Origin: an uncultured Candidatus Saccharibacteria bacterium | GTDB lineage: Bacteria > Patescibacteriota > Minisyncoccia > Phycocordibacterales > Phycocordibacteraceae | Direction: 5' to 3' | NCBI GenBank assembly: GCA_964434255.1 | Contig: CAYSUL010000001.1 | Location: 181,695-245,694 of the forward strand | Length of the DNA stretch: 64,000 nt | Shown: positions 39,367 through 49,035 of the stretch, piece by piece | How the letters are laid out: every line of letters begins with the position of its first letter | How positions within the stretch are numbered: position 1 is the stretch's first letter | The notes under the pieces: model-generated | Databases searched by the model: none | The model's input: only the letters and a program-made list of their open reading frames with translations | What the model was told of the DNA's origin: nothing | Translations under genes and position numbers: made by a program

Positions 39367-41088
39367 TTAGTCGAAGGTCGCTTCATAGAAAGTGTCGCCT
39401 GAAATGGAAACGTTGGTGAATACTGTCGTCGTGTACCCAGTCTTCGTGATAGTGATGGTGTAGTCGCTCGCTGACGAGAGACTCCCAAACGATGCCGCGC
39501 CGCATGAGGACCCTGTAATGGTGCTCGTGTAGCCGGTGCGTGCGAGCGTCACGCTCGCACCCGGTACGACGGCTCCTCCTGCGTCACGCACCCCGACAAG
39601 GATGCTGTGGGCCGTGTTGGTACCGAGTACGAGCGAACTCTCGACAACCGCCGCGGGGGCGAGCGAGTACGGAGGCATGCCGCACGCGTCCACCACGTCA
39701 TAGCCGGCCAGGTCGAGCTGATACGCATCCCATTCGAGCGAGAGCGACTTACTTGCGCTTGCGCCCGTCGTATCCGATATCTCGGTCTTATATATGGAAG
39801 CCCCGGCTCCAGTAGTCCCTACCGTCTTAGCGCCCTGGAGATCGAACGCTATGTTCGGAAGTGGGATAGGGCCGCGCCTGTAGTTCAAGTTCCAGCTATC
39901 GAGCGAGGGAGTCTCGGTCGCGAGCGATGTCGAGAGGTCGGCCGCAAGCGCAAGCGTCGGGTACGTCGTCGTCGAAATACCGCTCAGGTCTATCGGGAAG
40001 GCAGTGAAGCCCGCGACGTTCCCCGGGAGTATCGCATCGGGAAGCGGAGTACCCGCACTATCCACGACACGGACGCGCATGTTCGTGTTCACCGAGACAG
40101 AACGCACGGCCTCGACACTGAGCCAGCCGGCGAGATACGTGGGTGCCACCGATTGCGATTGCGCGGAACCACTTGCGAGGTATCCGCCCGCATCAGTCGC
40201 GAGGATAACTGAGCCGCCCGATACCGCGGCGCTCGACAGGGATGCAAGCAATGAACTATCTGCGAACGTGTCTGCGAAGCTCGCTGTCACTATCGGGGAG
40301 AACGTACGGATGGTGAGCGCAGCGAGCACGTCGATAGCGAACGTGCTCGCGGTCGTCTGGTTCTGCGCGACGGTGAGGTATCCCGGCGTCGGGTTCTGGT
40401 TCGTCGCGTCGCGTGCATAGGTCTGCGCGGTCGAGTATCCCGCCTTGGTGACCACGATGCGGTAATCGGTCGAGGTAGCGGCGCCCGGCAGGTACACGAG
40501 CCCGGCGGCGTTGCTAAAGGCAGTGAGGTTAACCGCTGGCGCGGTGCTCGGATTATCTATATCGACGGTCGCGCCCGCGATACCGGCCCCGAGCGCATCC
40601 ACCACACTTATCTGCAGCGTTCCCCCTCCGGTCGTGGTCTCGAGCCCAGCCGGTGACTGGCTCGAGATGAGTTCCACTTCGCGCGCAGTGCCGTCCGTGT
40701 AGTACGTAACGGTTATCTTCACCTGCTTGTAGTCGGTGGTGATGCCGGTCTGGTCCAGCGCCCCGAGCCCATCCGCAGGATCGTCCACATATTGGATGAA
40801 GGTCCTGACTCCGTACGAAAGATTGTTCATGGTCGTCGTCGCGGTCTGCGGTATGACACCGGCAGGGATACCTCCTACCGTTCCTATGGAATCATATGGG
40901 AGCGAACGAACGTATTCCATCTGGCTCGTCGCTATCGATGTCGCTACCGCTTTCGATTTCGCGAGCGAAGAGACGAGGAACGAGGCGCGCAGCAGTCCGA
41001 ATAGCGCGAGGAAGATGATGAGCGTAATTGCAGTACCGACGAGTACGTCGACGAGCGACATGCCGCGCGATGGAGTGCGAGGGAACAT
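39367..41088 (-). CDS. PilV-like minor pilin with carboxypeptidase-regulatory-like beta domains
   Basis: RG|MSLVDVLVG; repeated GASVTL/GATVDI...TKxGY domains. Confidence 0.85.
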   Translation of the reverse strand: MFPRTPSRGMSLVDVLVGTAITLIIFLALFGLLRASFLVSSLAKSKAVATSIATSQMEYVRSLPYDSIGTVGGIPAGVIPQTATTTMNNLSYGVRTFIQYVDDPADGLGALDQTGITTDYKQVKITVTYYTDGTAREVELISSQSPAGLETTTGGGTLQISVVDALGAGIAGATVDIDNPSTAPAVNLTAFSNAAGLVYLPGAATSTDYRIVVTKAGYSTAQTYARDATNQNPTPGYLTVAQNQTTASTFAIDVLAALTIRTFSPIVTASFADTFADSSLLASLSSAAVSGGSVILATDAGGYLASGSAQSQSVAPTYLAGWLSVEAVRSVSVNTNMRVRVVDSAGTPLPDAILPGNVAGFTAFPIDLSGISTTTYPTLALAADLSTSLATETPSLDSWNLNYRRGPIPLPNIAFDLQGAKTVGTTGAGASIYKTEISDTTGASASKSLSLEWDAYQLDLAGYDVVDACGMPPYSLAPAAVVESSLVLGTNTAHSILVGVRDAGGAVVPGASVTLARTGYTSTITGSSCGAASFGSLSSASDYTITITKTGYTTTVFTNVSISGDTFYEATFD

Positions 41089-41179
41089 GCGTCTATGATA
41101 ACGCACGCAACCGTTATGAAGCGCGTAGGAATGAGCAGTGGTGATCTGAAGAGTTATGCAGCGGAATGTGCTGGAACAC

Positions 41180-41482
41180 CTATACCTCGTATCGACTTGG
41201 ATCATTGACCTTCAGTTTTGAGAGGACTGGATTCGGTATAGCCTTCAGCGCTTCATTAATTTGAGCTTCTGGCACCAGCGTTTTTATGAAATTTTCTACA
41301 GTCTGCGCACCAGACCCAGCGCGCAAAGCAAACCGAACGGTGTTCTCTTGATCAGAGGCATTCTCGACTAGGCAGGATATTCCTTGCTCGATAGTGAACT
41401 TACGAATGCGACCTCGGAGCTTTACCCCGTGCAGTTCGGCGCAATCGCACTTAATTTCGTATATATCCCAAGAAAGAATCAT
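41180..41482 (-). CDS. Hypothetical protein
   Basis: ORF with leaderless TGaTAGAAT-6nt-ATG. Confidence 0.6.
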   Translation of the reverse strand: MILSWDIYEIKCDCAELHGVKLRGRIRKFTIEQGISCLVENASDQENTVRFALRAGSGAQTVENFIKTLVPEAQINEALKAIPNPVLSKLKVNDPSRYEV

Positions 41483-41581
41483 GGGCTGATTCTATCAAAT
41501 GTCGGCTGGAGTCGGGGACGATGTTGGAACCCTTATGCAACTATGTTAGGGTTCTGTCCAGAAAGAACGGAGGATCAGCTC

Positions 41582-41974
41582 ATGATCGTGGACTCTTTGA
41601 ACCAGCCAATAACACTGGACTCCCTCACGGAACAGCTCTTTCGACTGGAGAGAGCGACACCTATCCCCCAGGTTACCGACCATCGCATCGCTGCCGGATT
41701 TCTCCTTGAGCAATACGGGGACAGGACGCGTAGATTCATCAAGATTGACCGTCAGGCACGGGTGAATATCGTGATCGAATGGATACGGAAAATGAGCGTG
41801 TCGCGGCGCGAAACCATATCCACAACACAAGAAGTGGTTGCGACCCTTCTTTACCAAGATCTTGTCGAAGGTACGCCGCACATGGGGTACACCGACATGA
41901 CTCGCCTTACGCTAAACGCAAACGGAAAGCGGAAGGTCGTTCGAGAATACTTCTCAGTCAATCCCGCCGCATAA
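41582..41974 (+). CDS. 130-aa orphan protein, SD-led cassette
   Basis: GGAGGA SD; hairpin 41994-42022 after the stop. Confidence 0.65.
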   Translation: MIVDSLNQPITLDSLTEQLFRLERATPIPQVTDHRIAAGFLLEQYGDRTRRFIKIDRQARVNIVIEWIRKMSVSRRETISTTQEVVATLLYQDLVEGTPHMGYTDMTRLTLNANGKRKVVREYFSVNPAA

Positions 41975-42112
41975 ACTACTCACCCACGCTAGAAGCCCCT
42001 CACCGGAAACGGCGAGGGGTTTGCATGTATCCATGCTGGGGCCTGGGACGATATTGGAACTTTACTCCTCCTGCGTATATAGTGCGCCCAGAAGCAACCC
42101 TTGGAGGCTCTT

Positions 42113-42424
42113 ATGGGTCAATTGGAACCTTGGCACATCCTAGTACTCGGAGCCCTACTGTCGGCTCCCCTCATGATCGCGGCCTGGAAACAGCCCGTCG
42201 CCCCTCTGCCTGAGCTTGTTCCCTACGAGATCGCCGAAGCAGTTCAGGCATGGCTGTTCGAAATCCTCCCGCCCCAGCTCACCACGAGAGGCGGACTTCG
42301 GCTCGAAGAGAACGGGTGGGTCATCGTCATCCAGTACGAAGATCCTGCCGACCTCGCTCTCATCCCCTCTCAACGCAATGGGGTGCGGATCATTCCGGAG
42401 CAAGCCGCTCCGCTGATTTCCTGA
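42113..42424 (+). CDS. 103-aa orphan with N-terminal TM helix, SD-led cassette
   Basis: TATAGT -10, GGAGG SD, terminator at 42445. Confidence 0.65.
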   Translation: MGQLEPWHILVLGALLSAPLMIAAWKQPVAPLPELVPYEIAEAVQAWLFEILPPQLTTRGGLRLEENGWVIVIQYEDPADLALIPSQRNGVRIIPEQAAPLIS

Positions 42425-42518
42425 CCTACAACTGTTCGTTTGCGGTCGCCCGAATTCTGTCGGGCGACTTTTGCTTTTATTGCTGGGAGTCTGGGATGAT
42501 GTTGGAAACAGACTAACA

Positions 42519-42546
42519 TTGACATTATAGGTATAATACCTATAAT
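42519..42546 (+). promoter_or_regulatory. Consensus sigma70 promoter with an embedded perfect palindrome
   Basis: TTGACA-N16-TATAAT; ATTATAGGTA-taa-TACCTATAAT at 42524-42546. Confidence 0.75.
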
Positions 42547-42573
42547 CGCATTTAGATTCACGGAGATAGACCA

Positions 42574-42738
42574 ATGGCAGAGAAAACTCTCGAGGGAGAG
42601 ATACTCAAGAACATCCTGAACTACGTCGAGGAAGGCGCCGATACCACTTCCGAACCTGTGGAACCTAGTTCCCTCCTCGGAGAGCTTCAATCGACGGTCT
42701 TCGACTACGAGCATGGTAAGCCGACCGGCACCGCCTGA
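42574..42738 (+). CDS. 54-aa acidic orphan peptide (MAEKTLEGEILKNILNYV...), SD-led cassette
   Basis: Hand translation; GGAG SD, promoter and terminator all present. Confidence 0.65.
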   Translation: MAEKTLEGEILKNILNYVEEGADTTSEPVEPSSLLGELQSTVFDYEHGKPTGTA

Positions 42739-42814
42739 ACCGCCATCGCCTACCAGAGTCGCCTGACCCTGTTAGGCGACTTTTGTTTTATTGCTGGCGG
42801 ATTAGGTATCGAAC

Positions 42815-44032
42815 CTAGATCTTATCCGAAAGCGAGTAGATAGGAGAGATCATCGAAAGCGCGAACACGCCCACAACCCCACCAATGAAGAGCATGAGGA
42901 TAGGTTCGATGATGGTGGAGAGGTCCTTGGTACGGTCCTCGACGTCGGTCTCATAGTATTCGGCGACCTGCCCGAGCATATCCGCCACCTTACCCGTCTC
43001 CTCCCCCACCGCAATCATGTCGGCAATGAATACCGGATAGAGCTTCGGATAGTCATTGAAGGTAGAGGAAAGGGTCTCGCCCTTGCGCACGCGTGCTTCC
43101 GCTTCGGTGATGACCTTGCTGAACTTCTTCTCCCCCACGACTTCTGCTGCGATGGAGAGCGCAGAAAGCATCTCGACACCCGACGACAGCAGCGAAGAGA
43201 GGGCGCGAGCAGCACGCGCGCTATACGTCTCCTTCACCAGCTCCCCGATGATAGGGATACGGAGCGCTACGGCGACAACGATACTTCCTCCCACCTTCGT
43301 CTTGGTGAAGAGCACGAACCCTACGACGACGAGCGCGAACAGCACAAGTACGAGCACGGGATTGTTCGCCATGAAGTCGGACGCGCCGATAACCATCTTG
43401 GTGGCAGCCGGAAGCTCGACGCCGAGCTCACGGAAGGTGTTCGATAGCGTCGGCACCACGTATATGAGCATGAGGATACCGATGAGCACGACTGCAACGA
43501 GGATGATGGAAGGATAGATCATCGCGCCCTTCACCTTCTTATTCAAAGAGTTCGACCTATCCATCTGTTTCGCCACCACCTTGAGCGCCTCGGCGAGCGT
43601 TCCCGACTCCTCTCCCGCCTTGGTCATAGCGATGAAGAGGTCGGAGAAGATATTGCGGTGGAATGCGAGCGCCTCGTGGAATGCCTGGCCCGTCTTCACC
43701 TTCTCGGAGAGGTCCACGACGATGCGCTTCAGCGCCTTGTTGGTGGTCTGGCGCTCAATGACGGAGAGCGCGCGGGAGAGCGAGAGCCCGGCGGTGAGCA
43801 TGGCAGATAGGTTCTTGGTGAATGTGATGCGTTCGTCCATCTTCACCCCGCTCCCTATCTGAATGCTTGAGAGACGTGCAAACGAGAAGGTTCCGCCAGC
43901 GCCTTCCTGTACCGCGATCACGGTCAGTCCTTCTTTCTCCGCATCCGCATACACCGCGAAGCGCGATGCCGCTTCCATGGTCCGCTTCTCTTCCGTTCCA
44001 TCCTCACGCTTGAGCGTGACGCGATATTTCAT
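42815..44032 (-). CDS. pilC: Type IV pilus platform protein PilC/GspF
   Basis: AGEESGTL, GAMIYP, VGEETG, IIEP. Confidence 0.95.
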   Translation of the reverse strand: MKYRVTLKREDGTEEKRTMEAASRFAVYADAEKEGLTVIAVQEGAGGTFSFARLSSIQIGSGVKMDERITFTKNLSAMLTAGLSLSRALSVIERQTTNKALKRIVVDLSEKVKTGQAFHEALAFHRNIFSDLFIAMTKAGEESGTLAEALKVVAKQMDRSNSLNKKVKGAMIYPSIILVAVVLIGILMLIYVVPTLSNTFRELGVELPAATKMVIGASDFMANNPVLVLVLFALVVVGFVLFTKTKVGGSIVVAVALRIPIIGELVKETYSARAARALSSLLSSGVEMLSALSIAAEVVGEKKFSKVITEAEARVRKGETLSSTFNDYPKLYPVFIADMIAVGEETGKVADMLGQVAEYYETDVEDRTKDLSTIIEPILMLFIGGVVGVFALSMISPIYSLSDKI

Positions 44033-44101
44033 GAAAAAATTCTAGCATGCAAAAGACTTCGGGCCGGACTCTTCTTTCGAAGAAGTCCGGCCCGTGCACG
44101 C

Positions 44102-44431
44102 TTAGGCGCGCGTCGCGCGATCCTGCGGGATGAGGCCCACAATGAGGACGCCCACGAGACCCATCGAGAGGCCAGCGAACAGATCGGAGAGATTGTCCTG
44201 TCCGGAAATCCTCAGCAGCACCGCAGCCGCGACAAGCAGCGCAAGCAGAAAGAACGTCCACCCACCCGCGCCGGCGACTTTATTCGTCCGGATCAGGAGC
44301 GCAGACCACAGGAGTGCGGCAAGCGCGGCGCCCCAAAACCATGCGGGCATCATGCCGTCGACGATGCTGAATGCCAGACATCCGAGCGCCAGGAAGCCAG
44401 CGAGCACCGCTGCGAGCATACCTCTAACCAT
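44102..44431 (-). CDS. Small 4-TM membrane protein, SD-led cassette
   Basis: GGAGGAAGGG SD; hairpin 44061-44093 after the stop. Confidence 0.7.
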   Translation of the reverse strand: MVRGMLAAVLAGFLALGCLAFSIVDGMMPAWFWGAALAALLWSALLIRTNKVAGAGGWTFFLLALLVAAAVLLRISGQDNLSDLFAGLSMGLVGVLIVGLIPQDRATRA

Positions 44432-44520
44432 TTCCCTTCCTCCGGCTGCGCCTCTCCGATTCTTCGGAGTTCATACGCAGCTCTGCGGCAGTTATACCAC
44501 CACCCTCGCGAAAAGGAAGG

Positions 44521-46275
44521 TTATTCCGTGACCGCCCGCAACACCTCCTCGATAGAGGTAATCCCGCGCGCCGACTTATACAGACCATCCTCAAGCATCG
44601 TGAGCATGCCCTCTTTTCGTGCCTGCTCCTCTATAGCTTCCGAGGTCGCGCTATGCAAAATGAGCTCGCGTATGGACGAAGAGACCGAGAGTATCTCGTG
44701 TATACCGATACGGCTCTTATACCCCTCTTCGCATTCGCTGCTTGGCACCGGCTTATAGAACGGCAAGTCATCTATCTTCACGCCCGCCTTAACCAGTTTC
44801 TCCTCCTTGAGAGAATTGAGCGCCGCCTCGAACTTATCCTCGTGCGCTATCTTCGCGCGTTCCTCCGCATCGAGCGCATACTGCTCCTTCCCTTCGCAGA
44901 GCTTACGCACCAGACGCTGACCGACGATGACACGGAGCGTGGAGACGAGGAGGAACGGCTCGACACCCATGTCGATGAGGCGCGGTATCGCGCCTGCTGC
45001 CGAGTTCGTGTGGATGGTGGAAAGCACGAGGTGGCCCGTGAGCGCCGCATTGATAGCGAGCGCCGCCGTCTCACCGTCGCGAATCTCTCCCACCATGATG
45101 ATGTCCGGGTCCTGACGCACGAGGGAGCGGAGCCCGTTCGCGAACGTGAATCCGATGGCCGGGTTCACCTGCGTCTGATTCACGCGCTTCATCTGGTACT
45201 CGATAGGGTCCTCGATGGTCGAGATGTTCACGTCCGGCGTGTTCAGGATATCGAGGATGGTATACAGCGTCGTCGTCTTACCCGAACCGGTCGGTCCCGA
45301 CACGAGGATGATGCCAGTCGTGGACTTCGTCGCCTTATGAATGTTCTCCATCGTCTCTCCATGGAAACCGAGCACGTCGAGCGTGAAGCCCTCCCCTCCC
45401 GTCTCGCGAAGGAGGCGCATGACTATCTTCTCGCCGTAGTAGGTCGGGAGAAGGGATACACGGAACGAGACCGCTTCAGCCTCCGCTTCCATCTTGAAGC
45501 GTCCGTCCTGCGGAAGGCGTTTCTCGTCGAGCTTGAGGTTGGCCAGAACTTTAATGCGGGCGACGATGCCGGCGGCCGCGTTCCTTGGCAGCGTCATCGC
45601 GTCATGAAGGATACCGTCGATGCGGTAGCGGACGAGCACTTCAGTCTCGGAGTGCTCGATATGAATATCGGACGCGCTCTGGATGATGGCGTGACGGAGC
45701 AGTGTGTCGACGATTCTAACGATCGGCAAATCCTCCGCCATCTTCTTGAGATCCTCGCCTGACGCGTCGTCGCCCGTCCCTTCCTTAACCAGATTAAGGC
45801 GTCCTGCTTCGGTGGAGATAAGGTCACCGAACTCCTCCTTAAGGGACTTCTGGTACTGCAGGAGCACGAACTTGAGCGACTCATCATCGGTGAGGCGCGG
45901 GAGTATCTTGAGCCCGGTCTTCTTCCGTACGGAGTCTATGGAGATGAGGTCCTCCGTATCGAGCATGGCGACCTCGAGGTCTCCGCCGTTCTTGCGGAAC
46001 GCGATGATGGAGTGGGTGCGCGCGATAGGCTCCGGGATGAGGGAGAGCACCTCGAGCGGTATCTTCCTGTCCTTCAGGTTCACGAACGGGATGCCGAGCA
46101 CATAGGCTTTGATGCGACGGAGCGCATCTTGCGAGAGCGTTCCGCGGGACACGAGGATATCGCCGACGGACTGCTTCTTCTCCTTCGCCTCATTGTCCGC
46201 ATCCTCGACATCCTTGCGCGCCACGAGGCCCGAGTCGAGGATGAACTCTTTCAATTCGCTTTCTGATACTTGCAT
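44521..46275 (-). CDS. pilB: Type IV pilus assembly ATPase PilB/GspE
   Basis: ASDIHIE, GPTGSGKTTTLY, RQDPDIIMVGEIRD, TGHLVLSTIHTN. Confidence 0.96.
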   Translation of the reverse strand: MQVSESELKEFILDSGLVARKDVEDADNEAKEKKQSVGDILVSRGTLSQDALRRIKAYVLGIPFVNLKDRKIPLEVLSLIPEPIARTHSIIAFRKNGGDLEVAMLDTEDLISIDSVRKKTGLKILPRLTDDESLKFVLLQYQKSLKEEFGDLISTEAGRLNLVKEGTGDDASGEDLKKMAEDLPIVRIVDTLLRHAIIQSASDIHIEHSETEVLVRYRIDGILHDAMTLPRNAAAGIVARIKVLANLKLDEKRLPQDGRFKMEAEAEAVSFRVSLLPTYYGEKIVMRLLRETGGEGFTLDVLGFHGETMENIHKATKSTTGIILVSGPTGSGKTTTLYTILDILNTPDVNISTIEDPIEYQMKRVNQTQVNPAIGFTFANGLRSLVRQDPDIIMVGEIRDGETAALAINAALTGHLVLSTIHTNSAAGAIPRLIDMGVEPFLLVSTLRVIVGQRLVRKLCEGKEQYALDAEERAKIAHEDKFEAALNSLKEEKLVKAGVKIDDLPFYKPVPSSECEEGYKSRIGIHEILSVSSSIRELILHSATSEAIEEQARKEGMLTMLEDGLYKSARGITSIEEVLRAVTE

Positions 46276-46331
46276 AGCCGTTGAGTAATGAAAGTATAAC
46301 GCGCCGATGCAATACATCGGCGCGTTTTCCG

Positions 46332-46838
46332 CTAGGGGATTTCCACGATCAGTTCGTCCTTGAGCGCTTGGGCGATTGGCGCAAGACGATAAGGTGGAAG
46401 CTTGTTCGGTTCGTACGGGTGATAATTCTTCCCGAAACGCACGTCCGGATAGCGCGCACCGTCGAACTCCACCACATCGGTATACCGAGGAACAAGATGT
46501 AGGTGCCCGTGTCCACGGTGGCCGTACTGCCCGAACGCCTCATTGCCCCACCACTGCACATTGAGGAGGGCAGCACCCCACAACCGCTGAGTCGCCCCGC
46601 GATATAGGCCGGTGAGCAGGCACAGCTCACGGAGCTCTTCTTCGTTCAAGTCATCGAACGGATGGAAATCGACGTGACGGGAAGTGAGCCATAAGTACGC
46701 ACGCCCCAGAAGATGCTGGTTTTCGTTCAGATAGAGTCGCCAATAGCGACCCTCATACAGATGAAGATACTTGAGCCTCGCGTTCGGCTGGATGAGCTCA
46801 TCCCGCCGAAGCTCAGTGATAGGTGGCAGTTCGTACAT
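46332..46838 (-). CDS. Divergent HIT-family protein, SD-led cassette
   Basis: HGHLHLVPRY; AAGGAG SD; hairpin 46298-46326 after the stop. Confidence 0.8.
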   Translation of the reverse strand: MYELPPITELRRDELIQPNARLKYLHLYEGRYWRLYLNENQHLLGRAYLWLTSRHVDFHPFDDLNEEELRELCLLTGLYRGATQRLWGAALLNVQWWGNEAFGQYGHRGHGHLHLVPRYTDVVEFDGARYPDVRFGKNYHPYEPNKLPPYRLAPIAQALKDELIVEIP

Positions 46839-46928
46839 ACCCGTCTCCTTGTGTGTCCGGAACCACCCTACCCCGCTCTCCCCATTGACGCAACGCACCT
46901 ATATATGGTATGTTCTACCTATCTGAAT

Positions 46929-46955
46929 TGTCCGCACCCGCGGGCATTTCTTTTT
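46929..46955 (+). terminator. Putative attenuator in the nusA leader
   Basis: tgtccgc-accc-gcgggca-tttcttttt between a TTGACG/TGgTATGTT promoter and the nusA start. Confidence 0.6.
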
Positions 46956-47003
46956 AAAGGGCTACAATTACATACGTTCATACAACTAAATAGAGGAAGG
47001 CTT

Positions 47004-48425
47004 ATGTTGGATCTCAAAACAATCAATTCGGTGCTCGTGGAGTTCGAGGAACGCGGTATCACTAAGGAAACGATGGTCGACGCTATCGAAAGCGCGATGG
47101 CCACCGCATATAAGAAGGAATACGGAAAGCGCGGCCAGGTGGTACGCGGCAAGCTCGATATGAATACCGGCACCGTCTCCTTCGAGCAGGTAAAGACCGT
47201 CGTGGACGACACCATGGTCCGCTTCCCCGTCGAAGGCGAGGAGGAAGTAGTCGAGCACCCAGTGGGCCACCCCGCTCACGATCGTGAGGAAGAGGTCGCT
47301 GAGGGCGAGCTCCCCCGCTATGACGCCGAGAAGCACATCCTGCTTGAGGATGCGATGCGCATCAAGCGCGGCGTGGCGCTTGCTGAGGAAATAATTTTCC
47401 CGCTCGAGCCCCAGGACGACTTCGGCCGTATCGCGGCCCAGACCGCGAAACAGGTCGTCATCCAGAAGATCCGCGAGGCCGAGAAGCTCTCCATCCTCGA
47501 CGAGTTCGCCCACAAGAAGGGCGAGATCGTGTCCGGCGTCGTGCAGCGCATCGAGCGTGGCGCGATATTCATCGACCTTGGTCGTGCGACCGGCATCATC
47601 CCGTACGAGGAGCAGATCCCTGGCGAACGATATCGTCCAGGAGAGCGCATCCGCGCGTACCTCTATGCAGTGGACGAAGGATTCCGCGGCGTATATCTCC
47701 GCCTTTCCCGCAGCCATCCCCGCTTCCTCATTCGTCTCTTCGAGATGGAGGCTCCGGAACTCGCCGCAGGCTCTATCGAAGTGAAGGGTGTCGCGCGCGA
47801 GCCTGGCTCCCGCACGAAGATAGCCATCTCTTCGGTAGATTCGCACGTCGACCCGGTCGGCTCCCTCGTTGGTCAGCGCGGCGTCCGCGTCTCGACCGTC
47901 ATGAGCGAGCTCGGTGGCGAGCGCATCGACATCATCGAGTGGTCGGAAGACCAGTCGGCCTTCATCAAGGAGTCACTTTCTCCTGCTTCCGTCATGAGCG
48001 TCGAGCTCGACGAGGTGAATCACCGCGCTAAGGTCACTGTTTCCGAGGACCAGCAGTCGCTCGCGATAGGTCGCGGCGGCCAGAATGTGCGCCTTGCAGC
48101 CAAGCTCACCGGTTGGAACCTCGATATCGAGTCGACCGGCGGCACCTCCGTCGGAGGCGCAGCAAGCGACGAGATCTCCTTCGACAAGAAGGCGTCTAAC
48201 GACTCCACTATCAAGGCTGAGGCCGAGATAGAGGCGTCAGAAGCAGGTACCGAGCAAAGCCCTTCGATAGAAGCGGGTATTGCGGGTAACGAGAGCGATT
48301 CCGTCATCACGAGCGAAGAGGATGCGAGCGAGGACCCAGGCCACCTCACGGTGGAGCAGGAACTCACCCGCACCGATGAGAACGAATCGGTCGTGGACGC
48401 GAAAGAGTCCCGCGACGAAGCATAA
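47004..48425 (+). CDS. nusA: Transcription factor NusA (acidic C-terminal tail)
   Basis: FGRIAAQTAKQ, AREPGSRTK, SLAIGRGGQNVRLAAKLTGW. Confidence 0.98.
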   Translation: MLDLKTINSVLVEFEERGITKETMVDAIESAMATAYKKEYGKRGQVVRGKLDMNTGTVSFEQVKTVVDDTMVRFPVEGEEEVVEHPVGHPAHDREEEVAEGELPRYDAEKHILLEDAMRIKRGVALAEEIIFPLEPQDDFGRIAAQTAKQVVIQKIREAEKLSILDEFAHKKGEIVSGVVQRIERGAIFIDLGRATGIIPYEEQIPGERYRPGERIRAYLYAVDEGFRGVYLRLSRSHPRFLIRLFEMEAPELAAGSIEVKGVAREPGSRTKIAISSVDSHVDPVGSLVGQRGVRVSTVMSELGGERIDIIEWSEDQSAFIKESLSPASVMSVELDEVNHRAKVTVSEDQQSLAIGRGGQNVRLAAKLTGWNLDIESTGGTSVGGAASDEISFDKKASNDSTIKAEAEIEASEAGTEQSPSIEAGIAGNESDSVITSEEDASEDPGHLTVEQELTRTDENESVVDAKESRDEA

Positions 48426-48448
48426 CCGTCCTATATAATCTCCGCTAT

Positions 48449-48970
48449 ATGAATCTTCTTCACGACATAGCACCAGGGACCAAGGACGAGATGAACGTCA
48501 TCATCGAGATACCGAAGGGCTCGAAGAACAAGTACGAGATAGATAAGGAGACGGGAATCATCGCGCTGGACCGCGTGATGCACAGCGCCCAGGACTACCC
48601 ATTCGACTACGGCTTCGTGCCGCAGACGCTCTGGGACGATGGCGACGCGCTGGATGTGGTGGTTCTCACCACCTACCCGCTCGCGCCCGGCATCCTCGTG
48701 CGCGCACGCCCCGTTGGCATCATGCACATGGTGGATGGCGGCGAGGCCGATGAGAAGGTCATCGCGGTCCCGACCGAGGACCCTCGTTTCGCAGAAGTCA
48801 TGGATCTTAAGGATGTGAACCCTCACACCCTTAAGGAAATAGCCCACTTCTTCGCCACCTATAAGCAGATACAGAAGAAGGAGGTTGAAGTCGGTGAGTT
48901 CGAAGGGAAAGATGCCGCGCAGGCGGCATTCGACCGCGCGTGCCAGCTGTATACGCAGAAGAAAGCGTAA
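48449..48970 (+). CDS. ppa: Inorganic pyrophosphatase (family I)
   Basis: EIPKGSKNKYE, YGFVPQT, DGDALD. Confidence 0.97.
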   Translation: MNLLHDIAPGTKDEMNVIIEIPKGSKNKYEIDKETGIIALDRVMHSAQDYPFDYGFVPQTLWDDGDALDVVVLTTYPLAPGILVRARPVGIMHMVDGGEADEKVIAVPTEDPRFAEVMDLKDVNPHTLKEIAHFFATYKQIQKKEVEVGEFEGKDAAQAAFDRACQLYTQKKA

Positions 48971-49035
48971 CCGAGAAAGGACCCGCTCCCAAGCGGGTCT
49001 TTTCTTTTGCCGCGCTTCCCCGCTATACTTCCTTT

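Larger units (their letters stand above)
42445..42797 (+). repeat. Direct repeat of terminator plus flank (42445-42486 and 42758-42797) bracketing a small gene
   Basis: gtcgcccga..tcgggcgacttttgcttttattgctgg versus gtcgcctga..ttaggcgacttttgttttattgctgg. Confidence 0.8.

Noticed and set aside
32208-45762. Long antisense ORFs over recJ, pgk, tpiA and pilB (e.g. 32296-33534, 44653-45762)
   Set aside because: Same shadow effect; they fully overlap well-identified genes.
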